NCBI GenBank assembly: GCA_951406725.2 | Contig: OX597831.1 | Location: 38,564,001-38,628,000 of the forward strand | From: Octopus vulgaris | Taxonomy: Eukaryota | Reading direction: 5' to 3' | Length of the DNA: 64,000 nt | Shown: positions 13,940 to 26,693 of the stretch, one piece after another | Layout of the letters: every line of letters starts with the position of its first letter | How positions within the stretch are numbered: position 1 is the stretch's first letter | The notes under the pieces: generated by a model | Seen by the model: the letters and a program-made list of their open reading frames with translations, nothing else | Told to the model about the DNA's origin: nothing | Database searches by the model: none | Made by a program: the position numbers and the translations under genes

Positions 13940-14473
13940 ACATGGCAGTAATTTGGGGGAGGAGTTGAGTCGATTACATCGACCCAAGTGCTTGACTGGT
14001 ACTTATTTTATCGACCCTGAAAGAATGGAAGGCAAAGTTAACATCGACGAAATTTGAACTTAGAAAGTAGAACCTTTTCTACTCTAGGCACAAAGCCCGA
14101 AATTTTGGTGGAGGGGGCCAGTTGATTATATAGTCCCCATTATGCAACAAGTATTTAATTTATCGACCCCGAAAGGATGAAAAGCAAAGTCGACCTCGAC
14201 GGAATTTGAACTCAGGACGTAACGGCAAACGAAATAATACCTATTCCTTTGCTACCCACAAAGGGCTAAACACAGAGAGGACAGACAAGGACAGGGAAAC
14301 GGATTAAGTCGATTATATCGACCCCAGTGCGTAACTGGTACTTATTTAATCGACCCCGAAATGATGAAAGGCAAAGTCGACCTTGGCGGAATTTAAACTC
14401 AGAACGTAGCGGAATACGAAATACCGTTAAGCATTTCGATCAGCATGCAAACGAGTCAGCCAGCTCACCGCCG
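13940..14473 (-). mobile_element. SINE family A multimer
   Basis: Three central Meta-like domains (tcgaccccgaaaggatgaaaggcaaagtcgacc) in tandem. Confidence 0.85.
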
Positions 14474-14514
14474 TAATAAGAATAACAATAATAATAATAA
14501 TAATAATAATAATA

Positions 14515-14914
14515 AACCAGTTGAGCATGTCCCTTAATGGCTGACGATACGCGCATCTCTGATCGCGAGCAGAAGTAGTGGGGCACCATCATAGCCATGT
14601 GTTGAGAGGGATTCTTTGGAGTTTGAATAATTCACCTCTGGAAACATAAGTGTTTCGTTCAACATCCTAAAACAACCCTTATTCAGGGACCTTTTGAGCA
14701 GGATGGGCTACTCAACCTGAAGAAAATTCTAACTGGGCTCCACCTGCAAGGTCATGTGCGGTTTATCTTGATATGAGATCACCATGTCGCGCACATACGG
14801 TTGTGATGCATGTGCCTGGTGTACCCTTATCAGACGGGTAGTCATGATGGGTATGCTGGGCTTCGTATATTTTACCCCAGTGTCACTTTGATGGCATGCA
14901 CTGCTCTCTCACTC

Positions 14915-14915
<1 letters not shown>
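14515..14915 (+). mobile_element. (AAT)n-embedded element, copy 2 (5'-shorter)
   Basis: Homologous to 13362-13750; flanked on both sides by (AAT)n. Confidence 0.75.
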
Positions 14916-14979
<64 letters not shown>

Positions 14980-14996
14980 CAATAATAATAATAATT

Positions 14997-15093
<97 letters not shown>

Positions 15094-15346
15094 TGATAAC
15101 AATGATGATGAGAATGATGATATCGACACCAACCGCAACAACAGCATTGGTTTAGGATGGAACGTCTAACAACAGAAAGAATATTTACTTAGAGAGGCAA
15201 GCTTTTCTATAAACCTCAATGTTGTTGCACTTTTACATTTTCTGTTTTTCACTCAAAATCTAAAGAATGCTAAACATACTTATACGATCAATTCCAGCAT
15301 ATCAAAGTTATTTTCTGAATCATCATCATCATCATCGTCATCATCA

Positions 15347-15463
<117 letters not shown>

Positions 15464-16509
15464 GTATTATTCGTGTTTTAAATATTTTATTAATACTTGC
15501 TATTATTTGTTATTATTTGTTTCGATTCGTTTCGTTTTTATTTTTTTCCTTCTTCCTCTTTCTAGGAGATTCTCTATTTCTGTCTCGAGTGGCTGGGCTT
15601 TGTTTTCCGGAACATTAACTTTTACGTCTTCCATGTAGCTAGATGTGTCCATTTGTCTCTATTACATACGTACGCATACAAACATACATGTGCCTATATC
15701 GGTGTGTGTTCTAGGGTATGTATTTTTGCTAATATGTGTGTGTGTGTGTACAAGCATACATTCATGCATTCATATATAAAATTCTTCGTATATATATATA
15801 TATATGTATTTATGTATATGTTTCTATTGACACATATGTGCATATACAGGCGCACATAAAAAAGCATATATATATATACATATACATGTTAGAGAAACAC
15901 CTTTACATACACACATATGTATTTATCTATTTATCTATGTAGAAACAGGGAGAGACATATGTAAAGGCATATATAAATATGTGTGTGTGTGTGTGCATGT
16001 GTGTATGTGTGTTTCTGTGTGTGTGTGTGTGTGTGTACGTGTGTACATGCAGAACTTTAAAGCGATATATCTCTTTCTATGTATGTGTGTAAATGTTTGT
16101 CAGTTTCCGTTTAGGTTTATGTGAATATACAACTTAAAAGAACAAGCTACATATACGCCTTGCTCCCGCATTTCCCCAGTTTACGCTAAGTTACTATTAA
16201 AGGAAACATAAAACTGAATTGTATAGATAGCCGTGCTGAAAGGGGGAAACTATACAAAAAATAACTCGTAGAAAAGAAACACAAAATAAATTAAATCAAA
16301 CAAAATACAAACGACAAAAATGCCAAGGATTCGAAGAAATACGGAACAAGAATGAAGAATTTAAGACAAAATAACGTCTTAGTAACGAAAATCAATAATG
16401 TTTGGAAATAAGAAACCGAATCATATCTATAGAACTATGTTAATTATTCTAATTAATAGAATTATGGAACTCAGTTTAATCTCTCTGCGTCTTAAAATTT
16501 TGCTGAATT

Positions 16510-17350
16510 GTAAGTTGATCTGGCAGGTTAAAATTGTTAATACATCTAACAGTTAAATTATTTCCTTAAGATATCGAATTCATCACATATGGAAGCTGAA
16601 ATGATCCCCGGTTAAAGCTATTGAAGTTAAGTTGAATGCAAAGGGTCGATGTGAAGCTGCTGACACATCCACTCCAAATCCGTATATTGTTTTGAAGGAC
16701 TCCATTGGTCAATATTGACCATACTTCTAGAAAAGTACGCGTGGGTTTGAGCAAATTTTTATAAGAAAGACAGGCAGTTGCTCATACATATAAATGCCCA
16801 TCGATTTTTATCCTAGTAAATGCCATCGACTTGGATCTTTACAACTAGGAATCGCTGTAAGAAAACAAAGACCCAGATCAAAATCTGGATACAAAAAGGT
16901 ATCTTGCCTGACTTTTTAATAATCCTACTAGCCTAGCATTCTAAATTGATAATTTTGTATCGTTCCCCACTCCAGAAAATATGAAACGCAATTTGACTTC
17001 GGGGACATTGGAAGCGAGATCGCAGATTGTAGAAATTCATAATGTGTGACATTTTATCTAACGACCTAATGGCATTGACCTTTACTGTCTGAAACATTGC
17101 GTTCAACGAATTACTTTGGTTGGAATGATTGGTGTGCATCATAACTAAAATGTTCCTTTAAATGGAAGACACGTTACTAAAACGCATGGTTTGTGGTTTG
17201 TTTAAGCTGCTACATCACATCATAGTATGATGATTGTTTAAGTCCTTTAGAACTCCTCCCAAATAAAAAGTCAGTGAAAACTGGGGAGATATAGCAAACC
17301 TGTTAGAGCCAAGAAATCCTCAACTGAATAACTTTACAACTGTTGACATA
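16510..17350 (-). pseudogene. Possible very old CR1-type LINE RT relic
   Basis: Scattered weak motifs in the expected order: VNAIRSLDKMSH (cf. KAFDKVSH), YKNLLKPT..EVWS, TVRCINNFNLP. Confidence 0.35.
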
Positions 17351-18493
17351 CATCATAATATAACGACTCGTGCCATAGATCACAGAAATACGTAGGGACG
17401 AAATGGTTTCGTTAGAAGTAATCCGGCAACCCAAGGACACATTATTTCGAATATTATCAATAGTAACAATAATAATAATCCCAGTTCGGCCCCAAATAAA
17501 TAGAAATTGTTGTAATCTTCAAACTGTACCATCTATTTTTATTACATTTCATTATTCAGTGTTATTTTCTCTTTTAAGATCTGTGATGTTCTACCTTCGA
17601 TGATATTGTTATGACGCCTAGGGACAACATAAAGGCTCCCTTGTTATTTTATTACTAGAAAGACTGGAATGGAGCGGTAACAATGTGGTGAAATACTGAC
17701 CAATTAGTCATAAGTTCAAATCTGACAAAAGTCGTTGCTATTCATGATAATATTCTCGAAACTGTTTCGGTCATTGCTTGTATTTAATTTTGATAAATAC
17801 CTTTGTTTAAAACAACGTGATTTTTTATCCTTCTTAGGTAACATATTCATCACTCATGCATATATTTTATGATCAGTTTGGATTCGAAATTTGCCTGTGA
17901 TAAATATTAATATCTTCGAATCTAGCTCGAAACATAAAGGTTAAATCGTGTAAAACGTGCAGTTATGTAATACATAAAAACCATAGCAGAATTAATTGAG
18001 GTAACGGCGACGGTAATATTTTTTCTTTATCCGTACATTAAGAACTAGGAGCAAAACTTACATATATATATATATAATTATATATGTATGTGTGTGTATG
18101 CACATACATATATATGCGTATATATACATATATATCTAAATATACGTACTTATACGTAATACATACATACGTACATCATTACTATGACACGGAGCATAGG
18201 ACATATCTCTATACATTAAATAATTGATAAAGACATAAAAATTATGTTCCTCTTAGCGCTTAGTGACATAAAAGACATATTTTCCCATAAAAAAATGCAA
18301 CCTCACCCATTAATGTTTAGGGAAAATGGATATAGGTAGTTGAGAAAAAGAAGAGAGAAAAAATTATATTCTATATGCAATGGAATCTTTACAGAATTCT
18401 CTGATTTTCAGTCTCAATTTTTTAGGACCAACTGGTTTGGCTTCATTTGTTCAAAAAAATTGAGAAGTGGAGAAATAGCATGACCTTACTTAC

Positions 18494-18574
18494 AAAAGCT
18501 TACACAGGTTAAAAAACAAGCAACGGATAGAGATCGACAGACCCATAGTTCTGTATGATGTTAGATTGCTAATG
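18494..18574 (-). CDS. Candidate 81-bp symmetric (phase 2/2) exon of an unknown gene
   Basis: ttattttcag acceptor, gtaagt donor, single open frame ISNLTSYRTMGLSISIRCLFFNLCKL. Confidence 0.25.
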
Positions 18575-18986
18575 CTGAAAATAAGTTGTAGAGCAGTGGT
18601 CTAAACAATATACGGTACTTAAGTAGGTATTTCTAGATTCTACCTTCAAAGCGTAAACAGAAAATTACGCCCTGATTTATATCGCAAATGAATGTATAGT
18701 AATGTTTGTTGTTGTTTGTTGTTTTTGTTTAACAGATCAAAGCCTGTCTTAAGTGAAAATACCGAAAACGCCACGTATCCCAATCAAAGTGATCCAGTAA
18801 TTTACCTTATATACATACATGTGTGAGTATGTGCGTGTGTGTGTGTAAATATATATATTTATATACATACTGTATTCCATTTATATATATATATCCAAAG
18901 TTGTGAGAGGTACCGCGCATGTGACCAATCACAAGATTTCTCAGGAACAGCGTTTCACAACCGCGGTTCGCTGGAATCCTAGAGTT

Positions 18987-19072
18987 CATCATCATCATCA
19001 TCATCATCGTCATCATCATCATCGTCATCATCATCATCATCTCATCACCACCACCACCACCACAACCACCAC

Positions 19073-19112
<40 letters not shown>

Positions 19113-19300
19113 GTCATCATCATCATCATCATCACCACCACCATCACCATCAACTCCATCATCCCCATTACTATCATCATCAAAATCATCATCATCATCA
19201 TCATAATCATTACCATCATCATCAGTATCAGCATCGTCATCACCATCACCATCATCTTCATCATTATCATCATCATCATCATCATCATCACCACCATCAC

Positions 19301-19331
<31 letters not shown>

Positions 19332-19475
19332 GTCATCATCATCATCATCATCATCATCGTCATCACCATCACCATCATCTTCATCATCATCACCATCATC
19401 ATCACCATCATCATCACCACCATTACCATCATCTCCATCATCCCCATTACTATCACCATCACCATCATCATCATC

Positions 19476-19520
<45 letters not shown>

Positions 19521-19670
19521 GTCATCACCATCACCATCATCTTCATCATCATCACCATCATCATCATCACCACACCACCATTACCATCATCTCCATCATC
19601 CCCATTACTATCACCATCACCATCATCATCATCTTCATCATCATCATCGTCATCGTCATCATCATCATCG
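18987..19670. repeat. Long degenerate (CAT)n/(CAC)n tract with higher-order blocks
   Basis: Direct read; block ctccatcatccccattactatca recurs three times. Confidence 0.95.
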
Positions 19671-19779
19671 CATATATATAGTCTATGAAGTTCTTTATTC
19701 AATTCAATAAATGAATTTTTCACGAATACCAAACATACCCGAGTTCGCTCAATACAATCCTTTCACCTCCTAGGAATAT

Positions 19780-20157
19780 TCTTTTACTCTTTTATTCTTT
19801 TACTTATTTCAGTCATTTGACTGCGGCCATTCCTCTTAGTCGAAAAAATTCGCCCCTTGGACTTATACTTTGTAAGTCTGGTACTTATTCCATCATCATG
19901 TTTACCGAACCGCCAAGTTATGGGGCGTACACACATCAACATCAGTGGTCAAGTAAGGATGGGAGGACAAAGACCCACACACACACAGACATATATATAC
20001 GACGGGCTTCTTTTAGTTTCCGTCTATCAAATCCACTCACAAGGCTTTGGTCGAGCCGAGGCTATAATAGAAGTCAATTGTCGAAGATTCTACGCAGTGG
20101 GACTGAACCAGAAACCATGTAGTTGGGAAGCAAGCTTCTTACCACACAGCTACGCCT
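19780..20157 (-). mobile_element. SINE family B, diverged
   Basis: Same head, CORE-like domain and tail as 11905-12351. Confidence 0.85.
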
Positions 20158-20186
20158 GAACCAAATTTTCTCAATTCAAATCTTAC

Positions 20187-20309
20187 AGTGATACACTGGA
20201 CAACACCGTTGGATTATTTTGTGCCAACCACAATATGGAGGAAATATACCAGATGGTCACATCCGGAACACCATTCGTCAAATTTCGTCTGAATGTGATA
20301 TATTTCGGT
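20187..20309 (-). CDS. Candidate 123-bp symmetric (phase 2/2) exon of an unknown gene
   Basis: ctttttgttctttag acceptor, gtaaga donor, single open frame PKYITFRRNLTNGVPDVTIWYISSILWLAQNNPTVLSSVS. Confidence 0.3.
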
Positions 20310-21684
20310 CTAAAGAACAAAAAGCGGTCTCGCATTCTGTTTCACAATGGACAATGTGACCGCTCAGGTATAATTTTACTTTTAGATATTCACCTTGAAC
20401 ACTTCAAACGCCTTTCCAGATCCATTATAAAACCTATAATTTTTCCAATTTGCCTTATTTAAGGAAGTACCATGCCAAATCAACTTCTAATCAAACTCTT
20501 TTTCAGCAGTGGTTCACTTAAAACTAAGTGTTAATTAAAAGACGAAAATCAACTGCGGCAGGATTTGAATTGAAAACGTAATTAAGTGCTACGAAGCATT
20601 TTATCCTAAGCTGGATGATTTTTTACCGATATTGCTTCATTAATCACACGTAATTATTTTGTTTCTACACTTTCTATCCAAAAGTCAAGATACACTTGAA
20701 CTGGGCAAATTCTGTCTGCTACATCTGTGATCTTAAATGCTGTCCATCCATTAGAGATAGAATCAGCAGAGGAATTATAGGTAATTTGCCTTTCCGTGAT
20801 GTATGTGCATTAAGTATGATATACAGATAGCTTCTTGTTGCACACAGCGGTTATATGGAACCTACATATGTGAATTGTCAAATCAATTTACAGCAGATTG
20901 ATTTGAAATAAAAATGAAAAATAGAACATACGCTCATATCTTATACTTCAATTTGCTATTTTGCTTCGGTTCTGCCTCACACGCGTTTCTTTTTTAATCT
21001 TGTAATTTGTTTTTCTATGAATCAAATCGAAAAGCAAAGATATCTGTTCTGATCATTTTCTATATTTGTATTCTATATGTATTTGTCTTTTAAATAAATT
21101 TGTCAGATCGAACAGATGTCTTTATATCTTTAGATTACTGTGTATACTTTGAAGATTTTTACACATGCTGTCATACTAATATATAACTGAATGTATCTGT
21201 ACAAAGACGTGTTAGTTTATATATTTCAACATATATTTAATGTAGCCAAAAGAAAGGAAAAAAAGCACCTGAGCATGTCTCGCAGCTTATATTCCGTTAC
21301 TAAGAAGAACTTGATTTAAAATAGTTAAGACTTGTAAAAACTATCCTCTTTAAAAAGATTTATTTCCACAAGTGTTCAAATCTGTGTACCTGTTTCCGCA
21401 TATTTAATTCTATCTACCTATCTATCTATTTATCTATCTATCTGTCTCTTTATCTATCTCTCTATCTATCTCTCTATCAATCTAACTATTTCTCTGCTCA
21501 TCTATCTCACCACCTCCTCTCCCCATCTCTCTCTCTGTTATAAACCGTCCCTCCTTATCTTTTCCAATTCACTCTAAGTTACGCATAAAGTATTTATATT
21601 TTGAGAAGTTGATAAGTGTTTGCACTTGAAAAAACAATAGTTACATATTTTATTATAGGTCCTCAAAAAGAAATAACCTAAGAA

Positions 21685-21783
21685 ATCCTACATATGTTTC
21701 AATCCGGCTTTAGGTTTGAATTATCAGCATTCAAGCAAATTTAGATGTAAAGAAACCACATTTAGTCGGATATCTTCAGGGAT
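21685..21783 (-). ncRNA. Type-I hammerhead ribozyme motif with long helix-II insert
   Basis: ATCC-CTGAAGA-T-ATCCG...CGGAT-T-GAAAC-ATAT-GTA-GGAT; palindromic ACATATGT helix III, GUA triplet. Confidence 0.8.
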
Positions 21784-21942
21784 AGATGTGAACTTTCGGG
21801 TGCTGAACAAAGAAATAAATTTAAGTTGAGGACCGTGTTTTCTCTCAATATATTTGATAACACAAGTTGGTATCTGGATTGTTATAAATAATCTCTAACA
21901 AGGAAATTAAATCCTCACTACATGTGTGTGTATATATGTATG

Positions 21943-22000
<58 letters not shown>

Positions 22001-22002
<2 letters not shown>

Positions 22003-22317
22003 ATATAATTCGAGACAAAACCACTATTTTAAAACCAAACAAGGAAAGACTTAATCAATACATAAAATTTTAATATAAATTAAATAAAATAAATAAATAA
22101 AATAAATAAATAAATAAATAATTTATTTATTTTATTTATTTTATTTATTTTATTTTATTTATATTAAAATTTTATGTATTGATTAAGTCTTTCCTTGTTT
22201 GGTTTTAAAATAGTGGTTTTGTCTCGAATTATATTATATAATATTTTACTATAAAATTGGATTTAACCCTAAATCTGATTTTTTTTCCCTGTAATTTTGG
22301 ATTCATTCCCTAATATT

Positions 22318-22320
<3 letters not shown>
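22001..22320. repeat. Fold-back (inverted) pseudo-LTR fragment in (TA)n; same family as 48340-49417
   Basis: 22001-22080 is the reverse complement of ~22157-22236; right arm extends to ~22320. Confidence 0.85.
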
Positions 22321-22374
<54 letters not shown>

Positions 22375-22376
<2 letters not shown>

Positions 22377-22555
22377 GTTGATTCAAACAAGAAAGCACAA
22401 AAAAAACACAACAACGCGAGGACGTGGAACAAATATAGTATTATTGGACGCTCAGGAAAGAAGGAGGGTTTAACGTTTTGAGCGGAGCTCTTCGTCGGAA
22501 ACATAGGAGAAGGAAAGATCTAGAGAAGGGAAGACAGAGGGAAAAAAATCGCAAA
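22375..22555 (-). mobile_element. CCGACGA-family PLE-derived short element in (TA)n with HHR at 22468-22502 (G12A defect)
   Basis: GTTT-CCGACGA-A-GAGC-TCC-GCTC-AAAAC-GTT-AAAC; homologous to 1-175. Confidence 0.7.
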
Positions 22556-22753
22556 CATATATATATATCTTATAACGTTTACTAGTTTCAGTCATTGCCA
22601 CTGCGGCAATGCTGGGGCACCTCCTCGATAACTATGCATTACATATTATGTAGTTTATAATCATGTTCATCAATGTTTCCCCTCGTTATAATCATTTTTT
22701 GATGCCATCGACTTCACCAACAATTCCACCACTACCATCATCCCCATCATCAA

Positions 22754-22818
<65 letters not shown>

Positions 22819-23254
22819 GGACATCACTACATATTTATAAACATTACTACCACTTTAGTAATCCCTCGCATTTGTTTTGCTTCCAGATATTTTACGGATG
22901 ATGGTTCTGCTGCCGTTTGACAAGTGTGTTAACTGAAGTTTTACCATCGTTAGAATTAAGGAAAATTCATAGATGCAACCATAAAATTCTGACAAATCTC
23001 ATTTTCTGATATTACTACGAATTTATGTTAGTTACTACATCGATGCCGCAAACATTGTAAGGACAAATAACTTGCCCGTCGCTGCCCGTCAATGATTAAT
23101 TTATCAATATCCAATACTTTATACTGTGTGCTAGCAAATAAAACTCACACAAAACAGGTGTTGAAAATAAAACATCAAGTGTATGCTATATTAGCTTGAA
23201 ACAAACACTTCACTCCATAAAAGTTTAGTCTTTTCCTATACTACATAAATATCA

Positions 23255-24010
23255 AGGCGATAATATGGCAGAGTCGTTAGCACGCTGGTTAAAATTCTTA
23301 GCGGCGTTTTGTCCGTTGTTATGGCCTGAGTTCGATACCTGCTTTAGTCAAGTATGCCTTTCGAGGTCGATAATACAGAAACTAGTTGAGCACTGGTGTC
23401 GATGTATTTAATTTATTCGTCTTCGGAAATTAGCTGGCCTTGTGCCAAAATTTGAAGCTAATATAAACCAAAGAAGGATCAGGCAGTGAGCTAGCAGAAT
23501 CGCTAGCACGCCGGTTGAAATTCTTAGTGGCATTTCGTCAGTCGTTCCATTCAAAGTTCGATTTTCCCCGAGGTTAACTATGCATTTCGGGGTCGAAAAT
23601 GTAAGAACTTGTTTAGGCGGCGAGCTGGCAGAAAAGTTAGCACGCCGGGCGAAATGCTTATCGGTATTTCGTCTGCCGCTACGTTCTGAGTTCAAATTCC
23701 GCCGAGGTCGACTTTGCCTTTCATCCTTTCGGGGCCGATTAAATAAGAACCAATTACGCAATGGGGTCGATATAATCGACTTAATCCGTTTGCCTGTCCT
23801 TGTTTGTCCTCTCTGTGTTTAGCCACTTGTGGGTAGTAAATAAATAGGTATTATTTCGTTTGCCGTTACGTACTGAGTTCGTCTTCCGTCGAGGTCGACG
23901 TTGCCTTTCATCCATTCGGGGTAGATAAATTAAGTACCAGTTGCGTACTGGAGGCGATGTAATCGATTGGCACCTTCACCAAGAATTTCGGACCTTGTGC
24001 CTAGAGTAGA
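23255..24010 (+). mobile_element. Cluster of SINE family A copies (old copies plus a young dimer at 23614-24010)
   Basis: Repeated heads ggcagagtcgttagcacg / gagctggcagaa and Meta-like domains. Confidence 0.85.
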
Positions 24011-24221
24011 AAATAATATAAGTTGTTGAACACTGTGATCGATGTAATTGATTTACTCCTCCTCCAAAATTGCTCGCCTGGCCCACACCCGTGCGCACAA
24101 ACAAAAAGGAATGCAGTGTAAATAACGGACAGAGTCAAAACTATTGAAAAGGTTGCAAAATGCAAAGAAAATATGAAACTAATATATACCAAAGAATGAT
24201 TCCTTTCTACATATATATATA

Positions 24222-24288
<67 letters not shown>

Positions 24289-24421
24289 ATATATATATAT
24301 AGAGGGCATTATTACACATAGATGTCGCTTGCTAGGAGGAACTTTTAAAGTCAAAACTACCAAAATAAACAAATCGCACCGGATGCAATTTTCGAAGCGA
24401 GTCATTTAAAAACAGAATTTA

Positions 24422-24485
24422 GTTGCAGATCACCTGTGATTTCGCAATCAATGCATTACCTGTATTCCTTGCTCGTCAGTACAAC
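24422..24485 (-). ncRNA. Canonical-core type-I hammerhead ribozyme
   Basis: GTTGTA-CTGACGA-GCAA...TTGC-GAAAT-CAC-AG-GTG-ATC-TGCAAC; all core nucleotides intact, AUC triplet. Confidence 0.85.
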
Positions 24486-24925
24486 AAATTCAAGATATAT
24501 AATGAATGAACAAAATCAACATACCAGACGGACAACCGTCGTATCCACCGCAGCATATATGACTGGACTGTTCACCCCCTACATATCTATGTAAATGGCG
24601 GGCTTTTCGAATTGCATTTCGGTGACAACGGGCTTCTACGGAACAAAAAAGCAGTATTGAATTATTCCGGTGAAACATATAAATTTAAAATTTAAAAATA
24701 GGATAAAATCTTCATAAGAAATTATCAGGTAGTTAGCGTGAAAAACCTCATAAGAGAAAAAATCTGTAGATTTTTTCACTTGAAAATAATTATTTATATC
24801 ATATAGAGGGCATTATTACACATAAATGCCACACGCTAGGAGGGACATTTAAAGTCAAAACTACCAAAATAAACAAATCCTACCGAATGTAATTTTCGAA
24901 GCGAGTCATTTAAAAACAGAATTTA

Positions 24926-24989
24926 GTTGCAAATCACCTGTGATTTCGCAATCAATATATTATCTGCATTCCTTGCACGTCAGTACAAC
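24926..24989 (-). ncRNA. Second copy of the same HHR (A9U, AUU triplet)
   Basis: GTTGTA-CTGACGT-GCAA...TTGC-GAAATCACAGGTG-ATT-TGCAAC. Confidence 0.7.
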
Positions 24990-25745
24990 GAATTCAAGAT
25001 ATATAATGAAAAAACAAAATCAACATACCAGACGGACAACCGTCGTATCCACCGAAGCATATATGACTGTTCACCCCCTACACATCTATGTAAATGGCGG
25101 GCTTTTCGAATTGCATTTCGGTAACAATGTGCTTCTACCTGATAATTTCTTATGAAGATTTTATCCAATTTTTAAATTTTATTCACCGGAATAATTCAAT
25201 ACTGAATTTTTGTTCCGTAGTGTTCTGTGTGTGTGTGTGTGTTTTGCAACTGTATACCATGTTTGTATGTATTGATGTGTATCTCTATATGTGTAGACTC
25301 GTGTCTCCATATGTGTCCTTGTGTGTATATATGTGTGTGTGTGTGTATATAAGGTCATGTCTTTCAGTCTTCATTTGCTTATGTGTGCTTGCCTGTTCAT
25401 ATAACCTATGTACCTATCCGTCTGTATGTTGATCTGTTTATTTTCATATCCATATACTTACATATACGTGCATGCACACCAACACACCCAGCCACACACA
25501 GACACACATACATACATCTATCTACATAAGAGCCCACTAACTATACTACTCTACTTGTGAAAACTGTGGGTATGGAGATATGATATCTACTATGTATATT
25601 TCCTATTTAGTATTGGGGAAGTTTCATTTATAAAAACGTACTCCCGTATATGTCTGAGTTTTGGGTCATTTGGGTGCTTGGATATGATGCGGATGTCAAG
25701 TTGACCAAAGTTGGTACGCAGCGTAAATAGAGGACAGAGTCAAGA

Positions 25746-25782
25746 CTATTGAAAAGGTTGCAAAACGCAATGAAAATTTTAG
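25746..25782 (+). ncRNA. Minimal HHR motif, U3-A8 covariant
   Basis: CTA-TTGAAAA-G-GTTGC-AAAAC-GCAAT-GAAAA-TTT-TAG; decayed sibling at ~24141-24175; 3' half also in the 27088-27335 fold-back. Confidence 0.6.
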
Positions 25783-25869
25783 GAAAATAAAAATAAGAAA
25801 TAAGTGGAAATTTACCGGTGTGTTAAATTATAAGGCACAAAAAGAAAATGACTCTCCTCAGACAACAGA

Positions 25870-25939
<70 letters not shown>

Positions 25940-26305
25940 CTACACTTATATTCAACATGAATAATATTTTTCTACATGAATAATATTTTTCTATATGAAT
26001 AATATTTTGTCTAATGACTAATTCGTCTTTTGTGCTGAGCCACTGGTAGTAATCTATATTATTACCCTTTTGTTTATATTCGTATATATATATATAATAG
26101 AAATACGTTACGAAAAGAAAATAGAAACTACACATGGTAATGTAAAGGGGAAAGTAAGAAACATAAATGAAAATGCAAATTGTAAATCAAAAAAAGTAAA
26201 GTCTTTTTATGAAAAGTAACGAAAGATATATACAATTAGATGAACTGAGGTACAAATAAAAGGAATAAAAGTCATTATTCTGAAATTATGAAATTATTAA
26301 AGCGA

Positions 26306-26348
26306 TTCAAGCATACCAGTTTCGTAAGTTACTAATCATTGCTTTGAA
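26306..26348 (-). ncRNA. Minimal HHR motif, A3-U8 covariant
   Basis: TTCAAAGCA-ATGATTA-GTAACTTAC-GAAAC-TG-GTA-TGCTTGAA; 5+3-bp helix I, GUA triplet. Confidence 0.75.
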
Positions 26349-26424
26349 TACCACCACTCATTGTTTGAATGCACACCGATTAATCGGTGTTCGTCTCAAT
26401 TTTGGATAAAGAGACAATATATGT

Positions 26425-26693
26425 AAGTTAAAATTAAAGTTTAGATCTAATTCTAAAATCTAAACTGCTTTTGGTGTATGTCTCTTTTATTATGGCGACA
26501 AAGCACGTTCACTGTCTATGGGTACCTGATGTTATCCACTGTAATTGCGCAATCTACGTTAGGAATCCATCCGTGGTTCTACGTTAGGTATTCCTGAATG
26601 CATGTTGGATGTAGTTGAAACAATAGATAGTGAAAGTAGAATTTACTCGATAATTTATTGATCACTACGATCCTTTCGACTCATCCTGCAGCG

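Larger units (their letters stand above)
24299..25222 (-). mobile_element. Tandem HHR-containing repeat (504-bp unit, about 1.7 copies) with terminal inverted segment; PLE pseudo-LTR or retrozyme-like
   Basis: 24299-24639 is directly repeated at 24803-25137; 25135-25220 is an inverted copy of 24636-24733; HHRs at 24422 and 24926. Confidence 0.8.

Noticed and set aside
20655-20860. Minus-strand peptide ...ITERQI...GWTAFKITDVA resembling a TGF-beta prodomain strand
   Set aside because: In-frame stops on both sides and no convincing splice pair; the similarity is too short.
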